Below, piece by piece: positions 26,918-40,156 of a DNA stretch of 64,000 nucleotides. The first letter of the stretch is position 1, and every line of letters starts with the position of its first letter. The notes under the pieces are model-generated. The model saw nothing but the letters and a program-made list of their open reading frames with translations, did not search any database and was not told the DNA's origin. Position numbers and translations under genes: made by a program. The stretch lies in NCBI GenBank assembly GCA_043228905.1, contig JBHGNT010000016.1:18290001-18354000 (forward strand). The letters run 5' to 3'. The stretch is from Azolla caroliniana (lineage: Eukaryota; Plantae; Polypodiophyta).

Positions 26918-28802
26918 GAGATAGATAGATAGATTATATTATCGTCGTCGGAGGTCAAATATGACCTATGAGACCAAAAATATTACATTTCACGTGATAC
27001 GTGTGAAAGTGAGTAGTGACTCTCGATGTTCAAGAACTTTACCAATGAATGTTGCAATCGAGAGTGCACATTGTGGTTGTGAGAGGAATTCATGCAAGGA
27101 TTGGGCTCGGTCAAAGAGATGTGGAAAGCATGGTCGAATATGATCAAAGGCAGAGCATTGTATCAAAGTGTGATACTCAGACTCGTGAACTTGTTTAGGG
27201 CAAAGTGTGCATAACCGACCACTCTCATCACTTGTGCCCCAATGCCTTGTCTCACATCGCAATGCATGTGAGCTAAGTCGCATGGAAGCAATGGTTCAAA
27301 TGGAAAATAACAGTATGGGCTCTAACATGTATCGATGTGTACGATTTCCCCATTCCGCAAAGAATATGGTTTTGTAGTTAGGTGCAACATGTGTGGTATA
27401 ATGTGTGAAGCGTGAGCCTCCACATTTGTCCCATGTCATGATACATTGGCATTGCAAAAAGGCCTCATTTACAGAGGAATCTAATGATGCATCATGAAGC
27501 AAGTGTCTCGCACCCCATCTACCAAACCATTTTTATATATCTTGCATCCAACCGGAACACAAAATTTTGCTTTTATGCGTCTTTTGGATCTTTTTGCTTG
27601 CTTCCCACGCAATTCTAGGAAGTCGATGTGAGGGACTTTTTTGAACCTTAAGCATGTATTCAACAACCCTTTCCATGGCATGATCTCAATGGGAAGCAAT
27701 CCCGTCTCAAGGAGGAGGAGGGTGTAGGGCGTTTGTTTCTTAACTTGTAGAAACTTTGTACGAAAATGTTTTTGGACATTTTCAAACTCTTTCCACATAG
27801 ATTTAGGGATGCTACCGCCCCATACTTCCACCCCATAGAGAAGAACTGGTGTCCCAAAGTGTCGAAAAGATATTTCTTGAGGACCCAACACTTAATATCT
27901 CCAAGATTGCATGTGTTCTCAAATACATAGTATGCTCGCTTACCCGTCTCTAAGCGGTGTGTAGCACATTCATTCCATCTATGATTTGAAGGAACTTCAA
28001 GGCCAAGATATTGGAAGCTTTCCACACATTCAAGTGGCTCATTGTTGTACAGAATGCATGGTTTATCTCTTTTTTGGCTCTTCACAAGCATAATCTTTGT
28101 TTTAGAGCTATTGACACTTAATTTAGTATGCATGCAAATATTTTCCAGTGCCTCCATAAGCTTTTGTGCATCTCCTGAAGTATTTGCAAAAAGCACTACA
28201 TCATCTGCACATAGCAAAAACATAATCACAAGATTCCCAATGGCAACTTCTTCAACACATTCTTCCTTTGCAAACTTGGTAACCATTTCTTCCAATTCAT
28301 CAATGCATATACCAAATAGTGTTGGTGAGAGTGGGCATCCTTGCTTAACACCAATAGTGCTTTTGAAAAAATCTGAAAGTTTATCTCTCATGCGCGCACA
28401 ACATATAACCTTCTCATAAATTCGGGAAATTGCAAGCATATATTAACTTGGCACCTCAAGTTCTTCCATTCGCCTCCAAAGATGCTCACGAGGTACCATA
28501 TCAAAAGCTTTCTTGAAGTCTATAAAGCAACAATATAAACCTTTACCTCTAAGGTGACTTTCCTCCATTAATACTCGAAGGGTGATAAGGTGATCAATGG
28601 TGCTATGGTGTTTTCGAAAGCCAGCTTGTCCATAAGCTCTCTTACCACTTTTTTCAGCCCATTCACTTATCTTTGATTCCATTATACATCCAAATAGTTT
28701 TGCCATTAATGAGCCAACCATGATGGTTCGATAGTTGTTTACATTATTTATATCTCCACCTTTATGTAAAGGTTTGATCCAATTTGTAGTCCAATCGTAC
28801 AG
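26918..28802 (-). mobile_element. Non-LTR retrotransposon (RTEX-like LINE), RT and 3' end
   Basis: WIKPLHKGG..NYRTI, QAGFR..STIDH, FIDFKKAFDMV, GVKQGCPLSPTLF, CADD, FQYLG, and a C-terminal RLCTLC..ESEYHTLIQC knuckle. (CTAT)n tail at about 26918-26934. Confidence 0.92.
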
Positions 28803-29642
28803 TGTCGCGTTACTACGCGTGTGTGTGTAGAATAAGGCGGGACCACAGGGGTCTTGGACTAGGGAGTAGATGGGAAGACGGGTATGAGCAAAGTGGAAGA
28901 GATTAACACGGTAGAGAAAGTAGAAAGAGACAAGATTCAAGAAGCTATGTATATTATGGGCATGAAAGCCTCGATGTGATTACAACAACGACCGAGTAGG
29001 CCGGACTCAAAACATAGGTAGAATGTATACCCTAATTGGATAAGTAAAGAAAGAAATGAAGAAACCCTAAACCAGATAGAAACCCTCAACCTAAGTGGTA
29101 TACCTCTTCTAACTCAAAATAGGCAACCCTTTCAATGGTGCCCCTTCCTCTCCTTTTATAGCATAAGGAGAGGAAACCGTTACAAAAGGGAGACTAAATA
29201 TCCCCTTCATTGAAGGGGGGGATATTTGCTTAGATTCTTGGAGGAGGGATTGATGGGCCTTAACTCCCACTCCTCACACATACTATTATGCCCATTACTC
29301 ACCTCGTACTCCTATGTACCCCTCTCTTTCTCATGTGGATGTGCACCTAAGTGCACATCACATTTATACTTTAGGAGTCTTGTGGTGCATTTCTTACAAT
29401 TTAAATTTGTTCTTATTAATATATACACATACATCATGTGCGTGTGCAACATTGCACACCCCGGTTTTGCTCACTCCGCTAGGTTTTCCCCCTATGGACG
29501 AAAATCTTCACAACAACGGCATACCGTGTTGCAATGCATCATTAAACATAACGCTTATCCATACATGTGCTTCCTTTCCCATCCATTTGAGCATTTCAGC
29601 CTTTATACATTGAAGATCTAAAGAAAAATGAGAAGGCGCATC
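28803..29642 (-). mobile_element. Probable LTR fragment
   Basis: Abrupt TG start at the LINE breakpoint, a minus-strand TATAAAAG at about 29153-29160, and LTR-like composition. No paired copy seen. Confidence 0.4.
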
Positions 29643-30328
29643 TGTTCAGTAATATACATTGGTATGTTACAACTAGAGGGAGAAAATACAGAGATCACTT
29701 ATTTACATGAGGAGAAAGTCCTCTTTATAAAGGCCAAGATATGGTCGTTGGGCTAACTAGCTGTTGGAAATAACTAGCCGTTGGGCTAGCCGTTATAACG
29801 TTTAAACATTCTCAACACTCCCCCTCAAGATGGGCAAAAAATATCCACTAATCCCATCTTGTCACACAATCTAGTAAGACTTACTAGCCCAAGTCCCTTT
29901 GTAAGACAATCTGCTACTTGATGTTCACTAGAAACATGACTCAAATTTAATATTCCATTATCAAGCTTTTCCTTGATAAAGAATCTGTCGATTCGTGTTG
30001 TACCGGATTGTTGACAATGTTGATTGCTAACTTATTGTCACACCACAACATCATCTGATTTTCTTGATTCACCTTTAGTTCTACTAGGAGAGTTCTCAAC
30101 CATAACATCTCTGCAACTCCTATAGCAATAGCTCTATACTCTGCTTCGGTTGTTGACTTTGCTACTACTAATTGTTTCTTACTCTTCCAAGAGACCAGAT
30201 TGCCTCCAACAAACATGCAGTATCCTGATGTGGATTTCCTATCATCAACACAACTAGCCCAATCAAAATCACCATAGCCCTCAATGTTAAAATGACCATG
30301 TTTTCTAAAGATTAATCCCTTCCACGGG
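29643..30328 (-). mobile_element. Ty1/copia 3' part: RNaseH, PPT and 175-bp 3' LTR
   Basis: FVGGNLVSWKSKKQ..STTEAEYRA..WCDNK. PPT TTGAGGGGGAG. LTR 29643-29817 with TGTTGAG...CTGAACA ends. Confidence 0.88.
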
Positions 30329-30894
30329 TGTTAAGCGTTGGGATAACAACACAACCAGTCACGAATAAGAACGCATCAACAAGGACGTAGTGCGAAGAGG
30401 AAACGGCAAGAGGAAAGGAAAGCAAAGAGACGGCCAAATGTGAAAGGCCATACCCTAAACGTGAAAGCTATATAAACCACATAGTAGTGGCTTTATAGGG
30501 GTTCTCCCATTTGTAAAGATCTCCTATTAATTAGAGCTAGAGCTTCCTCTCCTCTTTCCTGTAAACCTTTGAGCTTAAGAGAGATTAGTGAAGTGTTGAG
30601 TTAGAGAACACTAATCTCTCTCCTTGTTGGTGCTAGACCTCTTAGCAAAGAGGGTTAATAATAGACATACTCTTGCTTCTTATTGTCTATACTATCGATC
30701 TATTGTTTATGAGAGAGAGCTTGAGAAAGTGAGAGAGATATCATGCTTAATCATTTACTAATCGTTGAGTGAGTGTGAGGCTCGGAGGTATTCGACAACC
30801 ATCTCCGCCCGATTCGCCATCAAGAGGGTATACGCCGGTCCGAATCCCGCACGACATCGAGGAGCTTACTCCATCGATACATAGATCCTTAACA
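30329..30894 (+). repeat. 5' LTR of Athila-like element
   Basis: Direct repeat of 44996-45562. TATATAAA at about 30469. Confidence 0.95.
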
Positions 30895-31004
30895 TCTATT
30901 TGGTGCCGCTGCCGGGGATACGACCGACGCTTGAAGCCCATTTTCGAGTAGTCAAAAACTCGGAGGCAAACCACTCAACGAAGGAAGAAATCGCAAGAGA
31001 ACCA

Positions 31005-31350
31005 CCATTTTCAGTTTTTTCATCATTTCATAGTTTAATTAAGTGCCATTTTCTGTTTTTTTCATCATTTCATAGTTTAATTAAGTTCCATTTTCTGTTT
31101 TTTCATCAATTCATAGTTTAATTAAGTGCCATTTTCTGTTTTTTCATCATTTCATAGTTTAATTAAGTCCCATTTTCTGTTTTATCATCAATTCATAGTT
31201 TAATTAAGTGCCATTTTCTGTTTTTTCATCATTTCATAGTTTAATTAAGTCCCATTTTCTGTTTTTTCATCATTTCATAGTTTAATTAAGTCCCATTTTC
31301 TGTTTTTTCATCATTTCATAGTTTAATTAAGTTCCATTTTCTGTTTTTTC
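31005..31350. repeat. 41-bp tandem repeat x about 8.4
   Basis: Unit ccattttctgttttttcatcatttcatagtttaattaagt(g/c/t). No spacers. Confidence 0.95.
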
Positions 31351-31493
31351 GCTCGGTTAACATTAAACATTGTGGAGGTTTAGGCCGTTACGGGGCAAGC
31401 ATAATCACCGTGAGTCTCGCGGCTTACGATCACTCCACGGGTCATGAAGCGACCGTTGGCGCCAAAAAGTTTGAATTTCCCACGCAAAGCTTG

Positions 31494-31715
31494 TCGAAGA
31501 TTCAACCTTCGACAAAGATTCAACCTTCGACGAACATTCAACCTTCGACGAAGGTTCAACCTGCAATGAAGCTTCATCCTTCGATTAACATTCATCCTTC
31601 GACGAAGCTTCATCCTTCGACGAACATTCATCCTTCGACGAACATTCAACCTGCGACGAATCTTCAACCTGCAACGAAGATTCATCCTTCGACGAAGATT
31701 CACCCTTCAACGAAC
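31494..31715. repeat. 18-bp tandem repeat x about 12
   Basis: Unit approximately tcgacgaagattcaacct, ending just before the gag ATG. Confidence 0.92.
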
Positions 31716-31740
31716 CTATAAAAAAGCTTGACCAGAAAAC

Positions 31741-34700
31741 ATGGCCGGATCCTCATGGATAGAAATGTTCAAAACCCGACCCGCACTCCTGGAAGAGTCC
31801 ACGCAAACCGACCAAACCCACGATGCTGGCCCGCCTAACCCGACTCAGTACCATGGAGGGTGGCTAACTCCGGGGATACTACCAAACATGAACCTCCCAT
31901 CGAGCCCAGGAACTAAAGCACTTCTCAACACACCCCCACTACAGGAGAGCCCAATGGCAGACCCACTCAGTGTAGAACGACATATACGAGACGCAGCGCA
32001 AGAGTTACGAGTGATAGAACACGAAATCAATCTATGGACGGTACAACTTGCGAAAGGAGGATAACCGAAAAGCACCACTCGAGATATCGAAGCTGCTTTG
32101 GCAGAAAGGAAGGATAGATTCGCACGAGTGCAACAAAAACTTCACCGCCTAGAAACATCGTCGCACATACACCGCCGAAGTCAGGAGCACAGCCCCGTAC
32201 CGTGTTCGAGCACAACGAGCGATAGCCCAAACGAAACCCGCGCACAACGACACCCGACACCACCACGCATGGGCACAATCCCTACACCTGACCAAGCTAC
32301 CCCTACACCTCCAAACGCCGAACTCGCACTAGCGCTACAATCCATACAAACTCTTGTAGCATTGATGGAAAAAGAGCGAGCACCCATAGACCATCCGAAA
32401 AACCTCACAAATGACAGTGGGAAGAGTGCTTCCATTTCTAAACTAGTACCTCGTTTCCTCGGTTTCGGCGATGCCTATGACCATGTCGAGAGGTTCAAAC
32501 AGATTTGCCGCGCTTATGAACCCCTCATAGAGATCACCAAGGTAGCCACGTTTGGACTCACACTTCACGACCAAGCTAGAATCTGGTTTCGAACCTTGAA
32601 TGAAGACATCGCCGCCAATTTCGAGTACGTCATCGAGGATTTCTTGATAAACTTCGCTCGTAGAGGGAATAAATGGAACCCGATTGACCAACTTTTTGCC
32701 CTCAAACAAGAAGCGAACGAAACGGTCAGGGACTACATACGTCGCACGAAAAGCCTGCATCATCATTGTAGTCCGAATGACAAGATGTTGGATGACAAGT
32801 TGATGAGTCGTTTCATTAATGGGTTGTTTGATACGACACTCCAAAATTTCCTGATTGCCTGGATGTGTCAATCGTTTGCTGAAGCCTGCACAGTAGTGAT
32901 GACCTTTGAAGATTCGATGAGTGGATTACATATACCCACTCACGCACCCACGAACAACCGCAAGAAATTCTCCGACCCCACCCCTGCTCTACCCACACCA
33001 CCGCGAACACCCTATATAGAAAGACCCCAAGCATACGCCCAATGAGAAAATGTAAGGTGCACGGTATATCACGAACACCACACAAGACATGAGTGTCCCC
33101 TCCTTCATCAACAACGGCCGCAATACTGTAAGTGGTGCAAAGCTTTCGTAATGCATACGCAAGAGAACTGTTGGCAAGCCCCCACTGGAAGGTATGGCCA
33201 AACGCCAATGGTGGAACACCCACGCTCCCCCCCACCACTTAGCTGCCCACCACTACCAGCGATACTCCCTCAACAACCCCCACTACCGCGCATCGGTGCC
33301 CGCCTCGCTGAACTAGAGTATACCACAGATAACCAAACCCAGGTCGGAACAAGCACCCCTGAATATGAAGACCCGTACAAGGAGTATGGCATTGAAGAAG
33401 AGGTGTTGTCCCATTTCGTGGATTTTGAAGGCGACCAAATACCAGTGTACGTCCTGAGAGGGGAACAACGTGGACCCCCTATGGGATACCGCAACAACAA
33501 TGGTCTCCCCGTGACCGCGTGTAAGAGACGCAAATCTAGGAAGAATAATTCCACGCAGACCTCAAAACAAGATCAAGAACCGGAGGGAGACACGGAAACA
33601 TTACCCGTCAATCCGAATCAAGAACTACCGGCGCACCTAGCGGCATACCCAAATCCAGTAGCTGAGAAACAAAAAGTAGAAGAATACATCAAACTCATAC
33701 ACCACGAACAGTTTGAAAAATCACTTAGCCTCCCCAGCTTAAACTTCGAGCAACTAGAAGAATGGGTAAACCCCTCACCTCCCCCCTTCGTCACACCAAC
33801 CGACACCCCCGTTTGCCATCCTACCTCAATCAAAGAGGTCAACACAACTGTACTCCAACAAATCTTAAATTTAAGATTGCGACTCACATTACGCGAAGTG
33901 CAGAGCTACATTGGCACCTTCACCACCGACAACCCCCTGCTACGACCACTACTCGCCAAAGAAATAGAGTTCATGCTCGAAGAACTACTCAAACTCGACG
34001 TTCAACCGTGGCATGACGTCCTCCGACGCCTCAATGGTGGCCTATCGGCGGGATATGGTGAAGGGATACACACCCACACTCCTCGCACGTCCACAGTCCT
34101 CAAACAACCCGAAGGACCGCCAGTCAATGTCCACAAAGCCCACTTCGAGAGCGACGACACTAGTTTCACTCTATCAGTCTGTGTCAATGGTAAGACGTGT
34201 GACGCCATCATTGACACCGGAGCAGGGGTAAGTATCGTCAATTACGAATGTTGGCGTAAGTGGAGGAGCCCAAAAATGATGCCTTCCGAGGTCAAACTAT
34301 GAATGGCAGACGGGTCCATCCAAAGACCGGAAGGCATGATTCCTGCGCATCACTTCACTATCCACGGAGTGGAGTTCAACCATGTAGCCTACGAGTGCTT
34401 ACTAGGAAGACCATTCCTACGTATAAGCCGCCTGGTCATGGATTTTGGGAACGATATAATCTATATGCGAAAGGACAACAAAACCTTTCGCATCAAAGCG
34501 TACACACAAAAAGTGCATGAACAAGAAGGCAGCCCTCTCGTAGACGATTGGTCAGAAACCACTGAGTTCGAGACCAACCTCCTAGCGTGCAATCCCATGA
34601 AGACAGTTCAACTCTTGACCAGAGGCCAACACTTTCCTCAAAGCCCCACCACTTCCAAAGAGGAGAACACACGTGAGAGAGACGACCAATCCGTCATCTC

Positions 34701-37700
34701 CGAGACGTCAGAAATGAATTGGGTGCACCCTCTCGCCACAACCGACGCAATGTACTAGGTACAAAGAGTTGTGACGAGAACGGAGAGACAATCTCGTGCT
34801 TCAATGTCACCACCCTAGGTCCCCGGCGAAAAGACGTAGACATAGAGGACGAAGAACTGGTACAATGAGTCACACGTCCAGGTGACGTCACGACCACTCA
34901 AGAGGCGGTGACGGAAGCGGACTTCCCAGAGCATTTCAAACTCTATGAACAAGGGAGTAGGGCAGTGGCTTGTAAGAGACCGCAACGCAACCCCCAAGGC
35001 CTAGGAGAAGTCTATGATGGACCAGCAAGGGTGAAAGAAATCAACCTTGGGAAAGGGGCAGACTCCAAACCGGTGTTCATAGCTACAGATCTCCAACCGG
35101 ACGAGGAGGCGTCCTTGATCACTCTCCTCACGGAATTTAGCGACGTGTTTGCATGGTCATACGTCGACATGAAGGGAGTCCCATGCGAGGTCATCACACA
35201 TAGTATCCCCATGCGAGCCGACGCCCGCCCAATCCGGCAAAGGCCACGTCCAATGAATCCTAACTACGCCCAACAAGTGAAAGCCGAAATCAACAAAATG
35301 TTAGCTGCAGGCATTATCTACCCAATCGAACGAACTACTTGGGTCTCCCCAATTGTGGTCGTCCCAAAGAAAAATGGCCAGATCCGCATATGTGTAGACT
35401 ACCGCCAAGTTAACGAAGCCACTATCAAGGACAATTACCCGGTACCCTACATCGAACATTTACTCGAAAGAACCGCAGGAGCAGAAGCGTATAGCTTCAT
35501 CGACGGGTTCTCCAGGTACAACCAAATCTCAGTGGTCCCTGAGGATCAACACAAGACAGCTTTCGCCACGGAATTTGGTACGTTTGCGTATAAACAGATG
35601 CCTTTCGGACTCACGAGCGCCTTGAGCACCTACCAAAGAGCAGTGGACCATATCTTTGCCGCAAGGTTACGACAAGGGGTGGAGTCTTATGTTGACGACT
35701 TATGTTGCAATTCGAAATGGCATGACCACTTGGGGCTACTCCGTTTGACGTTCGAAAAATGCAGAACCTATCAACTCTCTCTCAACCCGCTCAAGTGTCA
35801 ATTTTGGGTCAAGCACGGAATAATATTAGGACACGTCGTGTCCCGCCACGGGATCTCGACCGATGAGGCAAAAGTAAAACTCATCCTCGACATGCCACCC
35901 CCCACGAACGAGAAACAACTACAAGGGTTCATGGGATACGCGGGTTACTATAGATGCTTCATTAAGATGTTCGTGGACTAGGCTAGACCACTCTACTCCC
36001 TATTAAAGCAGTTCGTGTGGACAGAGGAATGCACACACTCCTTCAAGCTCTTGAAAGAGTGCCTAACTAAGGCCCCCATCTTCCGGCCTCCCGACTGGAC
36101 CAAAGAATTCCACATGCACACCGACGCTTCCGCCTTCGCGATTGGTGCAGTGCTAGCCCAACCCGGTGAAGGGGCACTCGACCTACCGGTCACCTTCGTT
36201 AGTCGCGAGCTAAATGCCGCGGAACGAAATTACTCCACGACAGAACGGGAGGCTTTGGCCATGATCTACAACGTAAAGAAATTCCGCCACTACCTGTTGG
36301 CGTCCCAGTTCTCGTTTTTTGTAGACCATCAAGCCCTACTCTACTTAGTAAACAAAACTCACGCCACTGGACGCATCTCACGATGGATCGTAACGTTACT
36401 CGAATTCGACTTCAAGGTAGTAGTGAGAAAAGGGAAAGACCATGTACTCGCCGATCATTTCTCCCAGATTCCCAATGGAGAAGAAGCCACTGGGGTCGAT
36501 GATGAAACACCAGATGCAACATTATTCGCGATCGATACCGTACCAGGATGGGCATCAGACATAGTTCGCATCCTAACCGAAGGAGCGTCCTTCCTAAAAC
36601 AACTACCACGAACACACGCGTGTGCCTTGCTAAGGAAATGTGGCCCCTTCACGATGCTACGAGGCAATCTGTACCTTCGGGGTAACGACGATCTACTTCG
36701 GAGGTGTATAACAGACCATGACGTCGTCACCACCCTCGAACAAGCTCATTGCGGGAGCGGAAGTGGTCATTTCAATCACGAGACCACTGCGCACAAGATC
36801 CTTCAGTCCGGCCTATGGTGGCCAACACTCTTCAAAGACACATACGCGTACGTACGTCGCTGTGACGAGTGCCAACGTTTCAAACACCCGCTAAAAGCGG
36901 ATTTTAATACGTTAAACTCGGTGGTGGCATGGCAACCATTCGAGAAATGGGGTATCGACTTTATCGGCCCAATCAGCCCAACTTCCAACCTCAACCAATA
37001 TATAATAACCGCCGCCGACTACGCCATCAAGTGGGTTGAAGCGAAAGCTTGCGTTAACGCCTACGCGCGTAGTACTGCCAAATTCCTATATGAAAATGTC
37101 ATCGTACGGTTTGGATGTCCGCTCGAAATCATTAGTGACCAAGGCTCACATTTCTTGAACGAGGTGATAGCACATTTATTAGGCGAGTTTATGGTGACAC
37201 ACCGCAAAAGTTCTCCTTATTACCCTCGATGCAACGGACAAGCGGAAAGCACGAATAAGGTGCTATGTGCAGTACTCACAAAGATAGTCGTTGCCTCCCG
37301 ATCTGATTGGAGCACCAAACTCCAAGCAGCATTATGGGCTTTCCGTACTTCCTACAAAGTCGCAACTCGCCACACACCATTCAATCTGGTGTACGGGCAA
37401 GAAGCAGTATTACCCATCGAGTTCCTTGTCCCCAGCCTCAGGATCGTCGTACAGGAACGATGGGAAGGGGACCCCCTCCCGTCACGCCTAGAGAACCTAG
37501 AACGACTGACAGAAACTCGCCTTCTCACATTCCAGGCACTCTTGGCAGAGAAAGCCAATAGAAAGGTGTGGCATGACAATAAAGTCAAGAACAAAGACCT
37601 CGCGGAAGGCGACATGGCCCTCAAATTCTCCTCTCAACGACACAAGAAGAAGTTGAAGCTACAGACATCCAAACCACGAGAATGGGTGAACGTCCACGCA

Positions 37701-38414
37701 GTGTTCGCTGAAGGCCCACGCTACGGAGAACGTGCAGTGTGGCGAGTTAGAAAAATACTCACAACCGCACAAGGTTGGCACAATGGCGCCACTAGCTTCT
37801 GGGTCCCGAAACGAAGCCGACTCCCCAGTCTCGATCATACCACGCCTGCAGGGGACATCGATGAACCCCAAGGCGCGGAGTCGCTCAACCAAACCGAACG
37901 CCAACACCCACTGGCCACCCAAGACCAGCGTGACGTTGACGTCAGAACACAGACACCCAAACCACGGGAATGGGTGAATGTTCACGTTGTTTTTGCGGAC
38001 GGGCAACATTGTGGAGAATCCGCCATTTGGCGAGTCAAAAAGACACTCACAACAGCACAAGGTTGGTACAAAGGCGCCACTAGCTTTTGGGTCCCGAAAC
38101 AAAGCCGACTCCCCAGTCGCGATCATACCACGCCTGCAGGGGACACCCGAAAAGCACACACATCAGCCCGGTATCCCGCCCAGGCTAAAGCCACAGGAAG
38201 CGACAAGCCTAAACAACTGAGAGACCGAACACCCCGTAGGAAGGTTTCACAAATCCTCCCCACCCCCTTAACAAACATGCCGCAGGTTTGGATCCTTAAA
38301 AGTCACGGACCCGGAACCTCACACGATACCCGAGTGACACTCCCTCCACAGTCGCATCCTCAAGGTTCCTCAAAAGCCCTTAATTTACCCAATCCCCTAC
38401 CACGTTCCCCGTAG
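31741..38414 (+). pseudogene. gag-pol of Athila-like element (gag, Zn knuckles, PR, RT, RNaseH, integrase), disrupted
   Basis: Retrotrans_gag-like FGLTLHDQARIWF..LKQEANETVRDY, CKWC..HTQENC, protease AIIDTGAG, RT YVDD, RNaseH TDASAFAIGAVL/RNYSTTERE, integrase HHCC + WGIDF/SDQGSHF/GQAE. Several stops and frameshifts. Confidence 0.93.
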
Positions 38415-39679
38415 ACCCCCGTTTAGACCCCCCTCACCATCGGTATCCGAATCTTCTCCATCGATTCCTCCCTACCCTCCCGACCTCGCATCCCCGTCAG
38501 TTGTCCCTCGTTGCCGTGATTTATGTTCTATTAATTGTATTAGTTTTTATTTTATTTTTTTTAATTTTTTTTTCTATTTTTTTTTTTAAAAATTTTATTA
38601 TTATTATTTTTTTTTAATTTTTTTTAAATTTTTTTTATTTTTTTATTATTATTTTTTATTTTTTATTTTTATTTTTTAATTTTTAAATTTCAAATTTTAA
38701 TTTTTAATTTTTAATTTTTAATTTTTATTTATTTTATTTTAGTTTTTATTATCTTTACCATTATTTTATTGATTTACTTTATTTGTAATGACTATTATTG
38801 TCAGTATCCGTTTCTTTTCTTTTTTATATTTTTTTTTATTTTATGATTTTTATTTTTTTTTCTATTCCGATTGTTATTATCCTTATTTTGTTTTTTTTTT
38901 GTTATGTTTTTTTATTTTTTATTTTATTTTTATTTTATTTTTTATTTCGTTTTTTGAGTGGTTTTTTTTATCTTTCTTTTTCCTTTTTGCTTTTTCTTTT
39001 TTTTCGTTTTTCTTCTTGTTCTTGTTCTTCTTTTTTCTCCTTCTTCTTTGCTCTACCTCCCCTCCCTCCTTTTTTAGCTCTCCTCTTTCTGCTTGTCCCC
39101 TCCCTTCCCACTCCACGCTTCCACGCTCTGCAGCACTCTTCCCCCCCTCCCCGCTCACACTATTCCTCCCCTCCCCCCCCTCAATCTCTGTTCGTGGCTT
39201 TCTCCCACCCTCAACATCCCCGCCCCTACTCCACCGGTTGCTTGCGCCGGTCGCCGCCTCGCCTCCTCCACACCTTGCTTTCCCACGCCTCAGGTAGGCC
39301 CTTCCCCCCCCCCCCCCCGCCCTCTCTCTCGTTTTGACACACCACACTGCACTCCCCTCGTACCTGCCCTTCGTTCCTCTACGGGGGCCATGGCCGCCGC
39401 CACGACATTGTCCTCCTCCTCCTATCACCGGCACACTACGGGCCTCCCAGCCATGGTGACCATAGCCGGCACACTACGTCTACACTCCCCTCGTGGCGGC
39501 CATAGCCGTTGCCCCGTCGCCGCCGCCCCTCCTCGTGGCGCTACCCGTCCACGCTGCCCCACCATCCTGACGTTTTTTTTTTTTTCTCTTCTTTCTTTCG
39601 TTCCCCCCGAGGTGGCCGCGACAACCGCCTCGTTGTTTCACCCTCCCCACGTCGTTGGCCGTTTCCAGCCCACTCCACC

Positions 39680-40005
39680 TCGTGGTTCAAGGGACCCAAC
39701 CCCTCGAACTACCCGTTGTTCGAGGAGTCCAACCCCTCGAACCACACCCAGCCCAAGCTCTCGAACTACACAGTGTTCGAGGGGCCCAACCCCTCGAACT
39801 CCCTGTTGTCTGAGGAGTCCAACCTCTCGAACTACACAACGTTTGAGGGGCCCAACCCCTTGAACTCCCCGTTGTCCGAGGGGTACAACCCCTCGAACTA
39901 CACAGCGTTCGAGGGGCCCAACCCCTCGAACTACCCATTGTTCGAGGAGTTCCCACCCAGCCCAACTCCTCGAACCACACGTCATTCGAGGAGTCCAACT
40001 CCTAG
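39680..40005. repeat. About 33-bp tandem repeat x about 9-10
   Basis: Recurring core ccaacccctcgaacta..gttcgagg. Confidence 0.85.
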
Positions 40006-40156
40006 ACCACGTAACCCTTTGTTGTAACGTTACTACGAAATTAGGACCCAGAAAAAAAAAAAAAAACCAATAGGGGAATCTATTAAAACTACCCATACTT
40101 GCTGATTCATGACCACATTTACCTATACTAATATTTTTCCTCGCAGGTTGCCAACG

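Noticed and set aside
31005-31350. Regular repeats resembling a CRISPR array
   Set aside because: Head-to-tail units with no unique spacers, eukaryotic context, no cas genes.
31380-31721. MNLRRR / KIQPST repeat ORFs
   Set aside because: Translations of an 18-bp tandem repeat.
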